Assembly: GCA_043821365.1 (NCBI GenBank)
Contig: JBDRCX010000003.1
Location: 1 to 64,000, forward strand
Origin: Candidatus Micrarchaeota archaeon
GTDB taxonomy: Archaea; Micrarchaeota; Micrarchaeia; Anstonellales; Bilamarchaeaceae
Reading direction: 5' to 3'
DNA length: 64,000 nucleotides
The position numbers and the translations under genes were made by a program. Each line of letters starts with the position of its first letter. The stretch's first letter is position 1. Under the pieces are notes generated by a model that saw nothing but the letters and a program-made list of their open reading frames with translations, made no database searches and was not told the DNA's origin. This document shows, in pieces, positions 19,619 through 29,033 of the stretch.

Positions 19619-19903
19619 GTCATTATAACACCTATACATAATCAAATCTCAGACTAGTTTAGACTCCAGCACCACAAAAGTGACACTACAAGCAACCATA
19701 GGTTGCTTTAGCATAAAGAGTAAATTTTATCTAATGAGAAAGTAATATAAATATAGGTGAGTGTACCATTTCCTATATCTAAAAACTAGATTGTGGTTTT
19801 TTTACATAAAAATCCATTTTTTTTGTTAGTAGTATTTGATTTTCTCATTTTTCCTGTTTTAACCACATTATTTATAAATCTTATTATGGATAATTATAAG
19901 TAC

Positions 19904-21253
19904 ATGGCTGGAACAAGGACCCGGGAGAGAATTCAATCACCAATTAGTGTTGGTATCTATCATGCACCAGGTCCAGTAAGAGACAAACTCAGAAGTGCAC
20001 TATTAAAATCAGGTTATGATGTTAGTTGCGAGGTTCCTTGTGGCGTTCCTTTAGATCCTACTAATGCTGCTCTAAATGCAGATGCATGGCTTACAAAATG
20101 GACATTTGGACTTAATGGTCGGACCTTAAGAGAATTACACCCAAGATCAGCTTTAGTTACAATGAGTGTTGGTACTGACCATATTGATCTTGCAGCTGCA
20201 AAATCTGTTGGTCTTGATGTATTCAATTGTCCGACTTATTGTTCTGTATCTGTTGCTGAACATGCACTTGCACTTGGGTTCCGTGCTATCTATGGCCCTA
20301 CAAAATTACCCTCTTTTGCATCTCAAACAGTTATATTTGATCATTTTTCAGATGGATTTGCCGAATCAGCTGTTGCTCAGATTCTTATGCGTTCAAGACA
20401 GATGGAAGAGTCAATAACACGAGCAAAAGAATATGATTATGAGCGTGGTGATGCACCATGGAGAAACCACCAACTAACTGGAAGCACAGTTGCAATAATA
20501 GGTCATGATAGAAAAGTGTCTAATTTAGCTAGGATTTTGCGTCTGGGGTTTCAATGTAATTTAGTTGGTTTTGATTTTGACAGAAACCTAGAAGCATTTG
20601 GTGTCCTATCAAGACCACTCGAACTAGTCAGTCACTGTAATTATATTTTCAATTGTTCTGGTGAAGTTGATATTGAAGGTACGAGGATTGATTCAAGATC
20701 ACTTCCAAAACCAGAAAAAGAATTTACTGGAAGCAATGTTCTAGTTTTAGGGGCAGGGGGAATTGGTTCTATTATTGCAAGAATAAGCAAATTAGGTTTT
20801 GATTGTTCTACTGCTAGTTTGAGTAGAACTGAAAAAAATCCACTTAGTGCTATTGGAGTTAGATATACGTCTAGAATAGAACCTCCACTTGTTGATTCAG
20901 ATTTTATTTTTATTTGTCTTCCACTTAATGAAGATACAGTTGGCATACTTAGCCAAACCAGATTTGCTGTAATTGGTAGACGTCCAGTTATAGTAAATGT
21001 AACAAGAGATGAAATAGTTGATAATCAGGCACTTTACATTGCACTTCAGGATGGTTTGGTACGTGCATATGGTACTGATGTTCTACCTGATGATAAGGTT
21101 CTTTGGGCACGGGGGAATCCAAAAGAACTTACTACAAGGTTTTTAGGACTTGGGAATGTGGTTGCAACTCCACACGAAGCAGATTGTTCAAGACAATCTC
21201 TTCATAAACTTGTTTCTGAAGTTGAGCAAAGATTAACTAGACTTAATAGATGA
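19904..21253 (+). CDS. D-2-hydroxyacid dehydrogenase-like protein with duplicated NAD-binding segment
   Basis: SVGTDHIDL, SVAEHAL, GAGGIG, LPLNEDT, NVTR, TDV, TPH motifs; TATA-like tttataaa near 19871. Confidence 0.85.
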   Translation: MAGTRTRERIQSPISVGIYHAPGPVRDKLRSALLKSGYDVSCEVPCGVPLDPTNAALNADAWLTKWTFGLNGRTLRELHPRSALVTMSVGTDHIDLAAAKSVGLDVFNCPTYCSVSVAEHALALGFRAIYGPTKLPSFASQTVIFDHFSDGFAESAVAQILMRSRQMEESITRAKEYDYERGDAPWRNHQLTGSTVAIIGHDRKVSNLARILRLGFQCNLVGFDFDRNLEAFGVLSRPLELVSHCNYIFNCSGEVDIEGTRIDSRSLPKPEKEFTGSNVLVLGAGGIGSIIARISKLGFDCSTASLSRTEKNPLSAIGVRYTSRIEPPLVDSDFIFICLPLNEDTVGILSQTRFAVIGRRPVIVNVTRDEIVDNQALYIALQDGLVRAYGTDVLPDDKVLWARGNPKELTTRFLGLGNVVATPHEADCSRQSLHKLVSEVEQRLTRLNR

Positions 21254-21258
21254 TATTT

Positions 21259-23250
21259 ATGGGCAAACCAAATACAAGACCAGTTTTTAGAGAAGGAAGG
21301 CATGGGGAGCGTGCTGTTCATGTAGCTAGAATTAATGGTGTTGTTTTTGACAAAACAGATGTTGGCCAACGAATTGCACATTATAGTAGAACACCCTTTG
21401 GTAACCCTAGGCCCATAATAGAGGGGCGTTTTGGTGATCCAACATGTTATCCTGGTTTAGGTCCCTATTCTGGTGTTGAAAGACATGAAGCTAGGGCACG
21501 TTTCTATCCACCAAATGTTCATTCTGGTTATGTGATGGGTGGTGATCCAACATTAAAAGAATGGTTACGTCAAGGTAGGAAAAACGTTGAGGATAAAATC
21601 CAGGTACCTGATGGGGTTGGAGTATATATAACTGCAGGTGTTGCCGGTGCATTGCGCTTAATAAGTGATGCAACTTTATTTCCACTTGCTTTAGATTTTA
21701 ATCAAGATCATCTTAATGCGCTTAGAACTAAATTAGATCGCGGTACATTCGATGCACAGGACCAAACCGAACTAAGTGCTCTTCTAAGGAGATTGCACCA
21801 AACCACTCCTGATAATGTTGTAGTTCCAGAATGGACATACCCTTCTCATCTTGCTGAAACCTATCGTGCACATGGACAAGTAAAAATATGTCCTATTGAT
21901 AAAAATGGACAGGTTGATCTTGCTAAACTTAAAAAAACCATAGATAAAAATACACGAACAGTTCTATTTGCTACTGTTGGAAATCCACTATCAGTTGCAA
22001 TGGAACCAGAACGTTTTGATGAAATCCTAAGAATTGTAAGTGCAAAAATGAAGGAATATGGACACCCAATCATATTAGTTGCTGATACTATTTACGAACC
22101 ATTTAGGAGACCTGGATCAGTTCGTATCGATCCAATTCAAAGAGCACTTCGTTTGAATAGAGAATTAGATCCACCTGCCATAGTGATACAAACTTCAAGT
22201 TTTTCAAAAATGATGGCAATCCCAGGTCAACGTGTGGGGTATTTCTGTCTTTATTGGGAAGAAAATTTATTTCCAAATGAAAGATTCAATCTTCTTAAAG
22301 CACTACAGCTTCTCTACAGTCCAACACTCTGTCCAGTATCCCAAAAAACACAGTGGGCTCTTGGTATGCTATATAGTGGAATTAATGCAAATGTTCCGTT
22401 GGATGAAAAGTTTGTTCCAATTGCAGCTGCTCTATCTGCACTTAAAAGATTAAAAGACAGAAAATCATTAGATCCAGAAGCACCAGAAGGATTTTATTCT
22501 GTTAATACTGACGTATGTGTAACTGCATTTGCTGAGATGAGTGACGAACTTGTAGATGGGGATTATGGATTAAGAGCGTCATTTCGTGTACAGAAGTTTT
22601 TAGATTTATTGAAAGATGTAGTATTTCGTGGAAAACCACTTATCGAAATTAAGGAAGTTGGAGATAAGAAATTCTATAAATTAGTTGCAGATATCCCGGA
22701 TCTTCCAGTTGCAACAGAAGACTCTGGTGGCATTCCTTACAATATAACTGGTATAAAACGTAGACTTTATGGTACGGTATATCATTCAGATTGGTATGCA
22801 ATTGCTCTTGCTTGTGGTATTCCTACTGAATGGAATAAATATGAGGACCACAAAACCTATATGAGAGAAACGGTATTTTCTAGAACTATGGAATTTGTAA
22901 ATGCACTTGATGAATTGAGATCCGAAGGAATTTACATTCATCCTGCTTACTATGTGGACGGCGATCCAAGCAAGGGACTTGATCCAAATAAGATAAATGC
23001 ATTCTATGTACTTTGGGGAATTGATAAGCTCAGGAGATATGTTCCAGATGGACTTTCACAATCTGCTAGGTTAGTAGAAGAGTGCGTAAAAGTCGGTGGA
23101 CCAATGATTGCAAATACTCCTGGAGAGCTTTTCTTACCACCAGAATATCGTAGTGATCAAACATCTTATCAAAGGCATGTTGCACTTTTAGACTCAGCAC
23201 ATAATAGATTAATGATTGAAACAATAAGAAGAGTGGCAAGACAATTATAA
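21259..23250 (+). CDS. Class I/II PLP-dependent aminotransferase-like protein with two insertions
   Basis: FGDP, YITAGVAGAL, PEWTYPSH, VGNP, ADTIY, SFSKMMAIPGQRVG (PLP lysine). Confidence 0.85.
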   Translation: MGKPNTRPVFREGRHGERAVHVARINGVVFDKTDVGQRIAHYSRTPFGNPRPIIEGRFGDPTCYPGLGPYSGVERHEARARFYPPNVHSGYVMGGDPTLKEWLRQGRKNVEDKIQVPDGVGVYITAGVAGALRLISDATLFPLALDFNQDHLNALRTKLDRGTFDAQDQTELSALLRRLHQTTPDNVVVPEWTYPSHLAETYRAHGQVKICPIDKNGQVDLAKLKKTIDKNTRTVLFATVGNPLSVAMEPERFDEILRIVSAKMKEYGHPIILVADTIYEPFRRPGSVRIDPIQRALRLNRELDPPAIVIQTSSFSKMMAIPGQRVGYFCLYWEENLFPNERFNLLKALQLLYSPTLCPVSQKTQWALGMLYSGINANVPLDEKFVPIAAALSALKRLKDRKSLDPEAPEGFYSVNTDVCVTAFAEMSDELVDGDYGLRASFRVQKFLDLLKDVVFRGKPLIEIKEVGDKKFYKLVADIPDLPVATEDSGGIPYNITGIKRRLYGTVYHSDWYAIALACGIPTEWNKYEDHKTYMRETVFSRTMEFVNALDELRSEGIYIHPAYYVDGDPSKGLDPNKINAFYVLWGIDKLRRYVPDGLSQSARLVEECVKVGGPMIANTPGELFLPPEYRSDQTSYQRHVALLDSAHNRLMIETIRRVARQL

Positions 23251-23264
23251 TAAAAATAAAAAAA

Positions 23265-23600
23265 TTATAATGTGTTCATTAACTCCTGTGTCTTGTAAGT
23301 CATAAACAGCATACCGAGACCAAATGTTACTAGACCAACCACGAATAGAATTGTTGCTCCTAATGGGTAACCAGCTGAACCTTTTTTCTTTGCTGCTTCT
23401 TCTACATCACAGAAGAATTTCCATAAGATGTATAGGTTTACAAGCGGAATAAAGCACAACACCAATTGAATAATCGGATTATATGTTGCATTTGTAGATG
23501 CTTTAAATTCCTCGAACCATTTATACAAAAGATACAGTCCTACAAATGGTATTACCATCATAACTACTGCCATTACAGGGCTTCTAGCCATTATTATCAC
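23265..23600 (-). CDS. Small membrane protein with two-fold internal repeat (DUF4234-like)
   Basis: IPFVGLYLLYKW / IPLVNLYILWKF repeated hydrophobic units. Confidence 0.6.
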   Translation of the reverse strand: MIIMARSPVMAVVMMVIPFVGLYLLYKWFEEFKASTNATYNPIIQLVLCFIPLVNLYILWKFFCDVEEAAKKKGSAGYPLGATILFVVGLVTFGLGMLFMTYKTQELMNTL

Positions 23601-23700
23601 CTGGTTAGCACTCTATGATAAAATTTATTAATATTTCTAGATTGCAAAGAATGAGAAATAATAGAAAAATAAAAATTTATCGAGCTGATCCTGCCATGTC

Positions 23701-23804
23701 CTTGAAGCCGAAGCGGTTTCAAGATAGTCAAAAAGTGCTACCTTGCACTTGTCGTACTTGAAACGTCGCGTTTCAAGACGCATCTGCACGATCAACGTGC
23801 AGAA
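23701..23804. repeat. Cluster of four hairpins at the rps7 3' end
   Basis: cttgaagccg-aag-cggtttcaag; aagtgc-tacctt-gcactt; cttgaaacg-tcg-cgtttcaag; tctgcacg-atcaa-cgtgcaga. Confidence 0.8.
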
Positions 23805-24397
23805 CGTGCCATACGTTCAGTTTCGTCTCTTTTCTTAATTGCATAACTTGCTTGCATGTCTCCCTTTGCTGTAGACATGATTTCATCTGCAAGTGATTGT
23901 GAGAGAGATTTTGCTTTATTGAAAGAACTCATTAATGCAGCAAGAGCCATGTTTCTCAAAGCCATATCTAATCGTCTTGTTGCTGATACGTCAACTGCAA
24001 TCTGATAGCTGACACCACCATGAGAAACTCTTGTAACATCTTCTCTTGGAGCAGCATTTTCCAATGCCTTTATAAGAACTTGAACTGGGTTTTCTTTTGT
24101 CTGTTCTTCAACTATTGCAAATGCATCTTCGACAACTTTCAATGCCTTGAGTTTTTTACCTTGCATTCTTCCTTTTGTTCTAATAACTTTACCAGAGGTT
24201 TTTTCACCTGTACCTCCTCTCATAAGTTTGTTTGCAAGTCTCTCAACAACATTTACTTGTGTTTTACCCAAAACCTTTTTTGCGTTCCTACCAAATGTGT
24301 GTGGAACCATAATTGGGTTAAGAGATATGTTCTGAGCAAGGCTCATGTCCTTTATCACAATATCATTCAATGAATATTTACCAAATAATTTATCCAT
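23792..24397 (-). CDS. rps7: 30S ribosomal protein S7 (uS7)
   Basis: VERLANKLMR, NPVQVLIKALENAAPRE, AVDVSATRR, SYAIKKRDETERMARSAR. Confidence 0.97.
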   Translation of the reverse strand: MDKLFGKYSLNDIVIKDMSLAQNISLNPIMVPHTFGRNAKKVLGKTQVNVVERLANKLMRGGTGEKTSGKVIRTKGRMQGKKLKALKVVEDAFAIVEEQTKENPVQVLIKALENAAPREDVTRVSHGGVSYQIAVDVSATRRLDMALRNMALAALMSSFNKAKSLSQSLADEIMSTAKGDMQASYAIKKRDETERMARSAR

Positions 24398-24401
24398 TCA
24401 A

Positions 24402-24830
24402 TCATCTCTTTGCTTTTTCTTTCTTGCCCTTTCTGAGCATCTGTAGGTCTGTGTTGTTTACTGCAACGACTTTGTATCTAACACCTGGAATAGAACCCAT
24501 CTGCCCTCTTTGAGATCCACCAAGACCAGCAAGTAGGACTTCGTCGTGCTCATCAATAAATGTAATTGCCTTGTCTCTAACAGCGTGTGCAGTCACTACC
24601 TTTCCATTTTTAAGAAGCTGACACTTCACACATTTTATAAGTCCAGAGTGAGGCTGCTTTTGCTCAAGAACGACTTTTTCAAGTACGATTGCTTTCGCCT
24701 GTGGAGCTCCTTCCAGAGGATCAAATTTTTCTTTTAATTTAAGCGTTCGTCTTTTCCATCTTTTGGAGAGCCACTTGTGCTTTCTTCTGTTTCTTTTTAA
24801 GTTTCTACCTGCGAATTCACCATTACCCAT
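24402..24830 (-). CDS. rps12: 30S ribosomal protein S12 (uS12)
   Basis: [39 protein letters not shown]; RBS ggtgtg before ATG 24830. Confidence 0.96.
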   Translation of the reverse strand: MGNGEFAGRNLKRNRRKHKWLSKRWKRRTLKLKEKFDPLEGAPQAKAIVLEKVVLEQKQPHSGLIKCVKCQLLKNGKVVTAHAVRDKAITFIDEHDEVLLAGLGGSQRGQMGSIPGVRYKVVAVNNTDLQMLRKGKKEKAKR

Positions 24831-25033
24831 ATACACACCTGTTGGTGAATGACCTGATTTGTTCAGGGATCCACCATTATCCATTAATTTACCTGTAGTA
24901 ATACGACTATAATTCTAACCTAGCATTTGATAATAGCTAGACTTATTAAGCCATGAACTATCATTGAAGCTTTGCTTCAAGACATTAAATGGTACTGAGA
25001 AGGATTTATAAAGTTTATGAAGTCCTTCTAGCA

Positions 25034-25186
25034 TCACTTTTTAGCTCTGATTTCTCTTCTTTTTGGTCTTAAGTACTTAGACCCGCATTTTCTGCATTTA
25101 TCAACTGTCTTTTTATTTCTCGTCTTGCACTTTTTGCATACGTTAATGCCAGCGAGTTTCAAGTCTGCTTCTGGAAATTTTCCCAT
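25034..25186 (-). CDS. rpl40e: 50S ribosomal protein L40e, not in the ORF track
   Basis: Hand translation MGKFPEADLKLAGINVCKKCKTRNKKTVDKCRKCGSKYLRPKRREIRAKK*; RBS aggtg. Confidence 0.92.
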   Translation of the reverse strand: MGKFPEADLKLAGINVCKKCKTRNKKTVDKCRKCGSKYLRPKRREIRAKK

Positions 25187-25283
25187 GTTTTTAACACCTA
25201 GAGTAGTATTAATAGGTTTAACCTATGCTTAGCATTGTTTTTAAATTTGCTGATCCAGTTTGTTATGCTATGGTGTGCTCATT

Positions 25284-25712
25284 ATGATAGAAGAAAAATC
25301 ATGTGGTCTGATCCTGTTTAGGGAAATAAATAAGATGCGTCTTTATCTATTACTTAATTATGAGGAAGGACATTGGGGGTTCCCCAAAGGTCATGTTGAA
25401 AAAAATGAAGATGAGATTGAAACTGCTCTTCGTGAAACAATGGAAGAGACAGGAATTACTGAAATAACTATTTTGCCTAATTTTCATGAATCACTTGTTT
25501 ATCAATATAGGAAAAATGGCCAGAAATTCCATAAAACTGTCTATTTTTTTATAGGAAAGACAAAAACCGAAAGAATTCTCCTTTCACATGAGCATGTTGG
25601 TTCGATGTGGTTATCCTATCAAATGGCACGGAAAAAACTCACATTTGATAATACTAAGACGATTCTTGATGCTGCTGATAACTTCCTTAGTAATCTAGTG
25701 GGTAATAAATAA
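25284..25712 (+). CDS. Nudix hydrolase (Ap4A-hydrolase-like)
   Basis: HWGFPKGHVEKNEDEIETALRETMEETG Nudix box; LSHEH. Confidence 0.92.
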   Translation: MIEEKSCGLILFREINKMRLYLLLNYEEGHWGFPKGHVEKNEDEIETALRETMEETGITEITILPNFHESLVYQYRKNGQKFHKTVYFFIGKTKTERILLSHEHVGSMWLSYQMARKKLTFDNTKTILDAADNFLSNLVGNK

Positions 25713-25727
25713 CCTATCCATCATATC

Positions 25728-26252
25728 ATGTATATGCGATTTGAACGCATTACATCCGAATCCTTCGTATTCGATGCAGTAAAAGAAATTTACGAATCTT
25801 CTTTTCCTCCTGAAGAAAAAAGAGAACTTAACAAAGATCTTTTTGATAGGAAGAACTATTCTTTGTTAACTGCAATTGAGGATGAACCAGTTGGTTTTAT
25901 CTCTGTTTGGGATTTTGGTAATTTTGTTTTTATTGAACATTTTGCAGTTAAAAAACAACTTCGTGATCAAGGCATTGGAACTAGAATGCTTAGTAAATTT
26001 TTAGACGATCATCCAGATGTAATACTTGAAATTGAAAGACCAAAAACAGAAGAACAGTATATGCGGATAAAATTCTATAAGCAAATAGGGTTTCATCTGA
26101 ATAATTACCAGTATGTACAACCACCATATGGTCCTGAGAAACCACCTGTAAATATGTTCATAATGAGCTATCCAAAAGCATTATCTGACAACGAATTTTC
26201 AAATATAAAAAAGAGAATATATTCTACTGTTTATGGTATTGTTTCAAAATAA
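25728..26252 (+). CDS. GNAT-family acetyltransferase
   Basis: FIEHFAVKKQLRDQGIG, LEIE, FYKQIGF, YVQPPY. Confidence 0.9.
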   Translation: MYMRFERITSESFVFDAVKEIYESSFPPEEKRELNKDLFDRKNYSLLTAIEDEPVGFISVWDFGNFVFIEHFAVKKQLRDQGIGTRMLSKFLDDHPDVILEIERPKTEEQYMRIKFYKQIGFHLNNYQYVQPPYGPEKPPVNMFIMSYPKALSDNEFSNIKKRIYSTVYGIVSK

Positions 26253-26278
26253 ATAACACTAGAAATTATAAATGTCGG

Positions 26279-26659
26279 ATGTATTTACTTACTAGTGGTC
26301 TTGTGAAGTCTATTTTATTTATTTTTCTAATTATTGGAGCGGTCTTTGCTAACGCAGATCCATGCTGGGATCAGACTAGACCGTGTGCACAATCTTGTTG
26401 TCCAAAAATAGGTGGAACATGGTCTGATTTTGAAGATGATTGTTTGATAGATGAAAATTATACTGATGAAGAAACATTACAATTATTACAACAACATTGC
26501 CCCAATTGTTTCAATTCATATGCTATTTGTATTAACAATACAGAAATAGATTATTCTAGCATCCCCTCGCCAACTACTAATTGTTGTGGACCAGCATTTA
26601 TTTTTGCCAGTCTGGTTATATCCATTTTCTTCGTGAAAAATGCAGGGAGCAGGATTTGA
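26279..26659 (+). CDS. Small secreted Cys-rich protein with CGP-CTERM-like C-terminal anchor
   Basis: Signal peptide, 10 Cys, ends CCGPAFIFASLVISIFFVKN; 3' end overlaps tRNA-Leu. Confidence 0.7.
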   Translation: MYLLTSGLVKSILFIFLIIGAVFANADPCWDQTRPCAQSCCPKIGGTWSDFEDDCLIDENYTDEETLQLLQQHCPNCFNSYAICINNTEIDYSSIPSPTTNCCGPAFIFASLVISIFFVKNAGSRI

Positions 26660-26726
26660 ACCTGCGCAGGTACTAAACCACAGCGTCCTAAGCGCTGCAC
26701 ATTTGACCAGACTCTGTCATCCCTGC
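26641..26726 (-). tRNA. tRNA-Leu(UAG)
   Basis: GCAGGGA/TCCCTGC acceptor, CAGCG-CTTAGGA-CGCTG anticodon arm, long variable arm, GCAGG-TTCAAAT-CCTGC, A73. Confidence 0.96.
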
Positions 26727-26866
26727 ATCGTGAAAATCAGCAGATTTTCGCGAATCTTAAACGGCGAACCGTTCAAGTACTAATTAAAATTTCCAAAGGA
26801 AATTTTGACTGCTTTAAAGTCCATAGGTTTCAAAGACTACTTAGAGTCTGAAGGACTTTGGGTACA

Positions 26867-27982
26867 TTACTGACTAGTATCTTTTTTATTATGTTTCTCC
26901 AAGTATTCTAAAGTTTTTTCTGGTCCTTCTATCAACTTTTCAAACAAATCAGCACCGTCAAACATGGTTATTTTTTCCTCTGTTTTTTTCTTAAGTTCGC
27001 GAATTGCAACTTCTCTAATTGATAAATTCACATCTCTGGCATTTTTTATTCTTTCAATTTTTGCTGCTAAGTTTTCCTCATTTAATCTATTTTCAATGTA
27101 AACATTCTCATATCCGTCTAACCTGATATCCGAGTTATTTAATCCCTGTTTTAATTTCCCATCAATCTTTACTGCAATTATGGCATCCTTATGGTCCTTT
27201 CTTATACTATCAATGACTTCTCTTACTTTTTCTCTTATGTCCATTTCACTAGCTTCTTCAAATTTCAACTCTTCATAGAAAAATTTCCTGGTTGGTACTT
27301 GTACAAATTCTGATTTTTTCGTTTGTGTGTCATATATATAATATCCTTTTGGTGCAGTTTCATCCTTTTTTAGTTGTGTTATTACTGTGCTTCCTGGGAT
27401 CAAAAACCGTCCATCTAATTTTGTTATTGTTTCGTGTATGTGTCCATTTATTATCAAGTGAAAAGGAAGAGTTTCAAGATATTCTAAAGAAAGCTCTTCA
27501 GTTGCTCCAGGTGCAAGTTCTTTTATCGATTGATGGAGAATTAGAACTCTACATGCATCATCCTTTTTGGTGAATTTTTGCATAACTGTTTTAAGTGCAG
27601 TTTCTGCATATTCTTCTGGAACACTTCCCATACCAAAAATCTGTATTTTTTCATTATCTTTTTCAAATAACTCTTCAGAACCATGCAATAGTCTCAATCT
27701 GGTTCCTGAAGCAAGTAATTGCACTGGGTTTACCATGTCTTTTGCACGTCTTTCATGATTGCCATGAATTGCATAGATGGGTACATTTGTTTTATTGAAA
27801 ATTTCCATTGCTCTTTTTATTGTTTCTAATTTTGGAATTTTAACGTCAAATATATCTCCTGCACAAATTATAATATCAGATTTTCCAGATGCATCTAAAA
27901 TCACTCTTTCTGCTTGAATATAGCTATCCTCTTCGAATCTTGCATATCCTAAGTGCGGATCAGAAAAAATAGCTATTTTCAT
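26867..27982 (-). CDS. mre11: Mre11 DNA repair exonuclease
   Basis: SDPHLG, AGDIFD, IHGNHE, LHQ, NGHIH, PGS. Confidence 0.9.
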   Translation of the reverse strand: MKIAIFSDPHLGYARFEEDSYIQAERVILDASGKSDIIICAGDIFDVKIPKLETIKRAMEIFNKTNVPIYAIHGNHERRAKDMVNPVQLLASGTRLRLLHGSEELFEKDNEKIQIFGMGSVPEEYAETALKTVMQKFTKKDDACRVLILHQSIKELAPGATEELSLEYLETLPFHLIINGHIHETITKLDGRFLIPGSTVITQLKKDETAPKGYYIYDTQTKKSEFVQVPTRKFFYEELKFEEASEMDIREKVREVIDSIRKDHKDAIIAVKIDGKLKQGLNNSDIRLDGYENVYIENRLNEENLAAKIERIKNARDVNLSIREVAIRELKKKTEEKITMFDGADLFEKLIEGPEKTLEYLEKHNKKDTSQ

Positions 27983-28014
27983 GTAAATAGAATAAATGTA
28001 AAAGAAAATAAAAA

Positions 28015-28920
28015 TTATACTACGATTGGTTCTCCAGGAACTCTTCTAAATAACTGTACGTCTCCTATGTGTTTGGCCCCAGTGACATACCTGGCCAATC
28101 TTTCAACACCAAAACCACCCCCGGCAGATGGAACTAGTCCTGTTTTAGCAAGTTCAAGGTATGGTTCATAGCGAGTTTTATCCAAACCATGTTTGTCTAT
28201 TTTTTTTATTATTGTATCGTACTCATATTCTCGTTCAGCGCCAGATAATCCCTCGCAAAATCCTTCTGGGTAAACCATATCATAATTGACATAATGGCCT
28301 GGTCTATCAGGATCCTCTTTATCGTAAAATTCCCTGCTATGGTCAAGCACCCAAAATGGTTGTTTTGTTTCAGTTGATGCCAAGTATTCCCAATCCTCTC
28401 CATATTTGTCTTTTAGTTCATAGGTTGTATATCTTTTGAAAGGCCCATCTATGGTTGAGAGGTGTCTATCTAAAAGATCCAACTCTTCTGAATGAAATGT
28501 TTTGGTATAATCAATTGCTCCCTTCAAGAAACCTTCCATTAGTCTAAAAACATCCTCTTTAGTTCCATGGGCAATTTCAAAATCAACCTGTGAAAATTCA
28601 AACAAGTGTTTGCCGCTATCTCTGCGTTTAGGGTCTTCTAACCTTACGTTTGGAGATATTATGAACAATTTTTCTATTCCTTCTTTTATGGCAATCTGCT
28701 TATGCAAAATCATTGACTGAGTTAAGCTTAATCTCTGCCCGAGGTAGTCAATTTCCCCTGTTTTGATTACTGTACTTCCTGGGTCAGGTCCAAGGGGGTC
28801 GGTTACTGAAGAAAGAATTATTGGCATAAGTTGGGTAAAATTATTTTTGTGGAAGTAATCACTAGTGTAACGCAACAAACCAGATACAATCTTCAAATGG
28901 GTTTTTCTAATGTCTTTCAT
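28015..28920 (-). CDS. asnA: Archaeal asparagine synthetase A (AspRS-related)
   Basis: VTDPLGPDPG, LTQSMILHKQ, SPNVRLE, HLFEFSQVDFE, SAGGGFGVERL; no anticodon-binding domain. Confidence 0.93.
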   Translation of the reverse strand: MKDIRKTHLKIVSGLLRYTSDYFHKNNFTQLMPIILSSVTDPLGPDPGSTVIKTGEIDYLGQRLSLTQSMILHKQIAIKEGIEKLFIISPNVRLEDPKRRDSGKHLFEFSQVDFEIAHGTKEDVFRLMEGFLKGAIDYTKTFHSEELDLLDRHLSTIDGPFKRYTTYELKDKYGEDWEYLASTETKQPFWVLDHSREFYDKEDPDRPGHYVNYDMVYPEGFCEGLSGAEREYEYDTIIKKIDKHGLDKTRYEPYLELAKTGLVPSAGGGFGVERLARYVTGAKHIGDVQLFRRVPGEPIVV

Positions 28921-29033
28921 AATTTCACCTATATGGTGAGTGTAAAATCTAGTATTTATATTTTATCCATTATTTTTTGTATAATTTACAAAAATCACAA
29001 GTTTTTTAAATATTTATTGGAAATTATCCAACT

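Noticed and set aside
26867-27982. Mre11 without adjacent rad50/nurA/herA as a novel system
   Set aside because: Operon break-up is common in reduced archaeal genomes; partners may lie outside the window.
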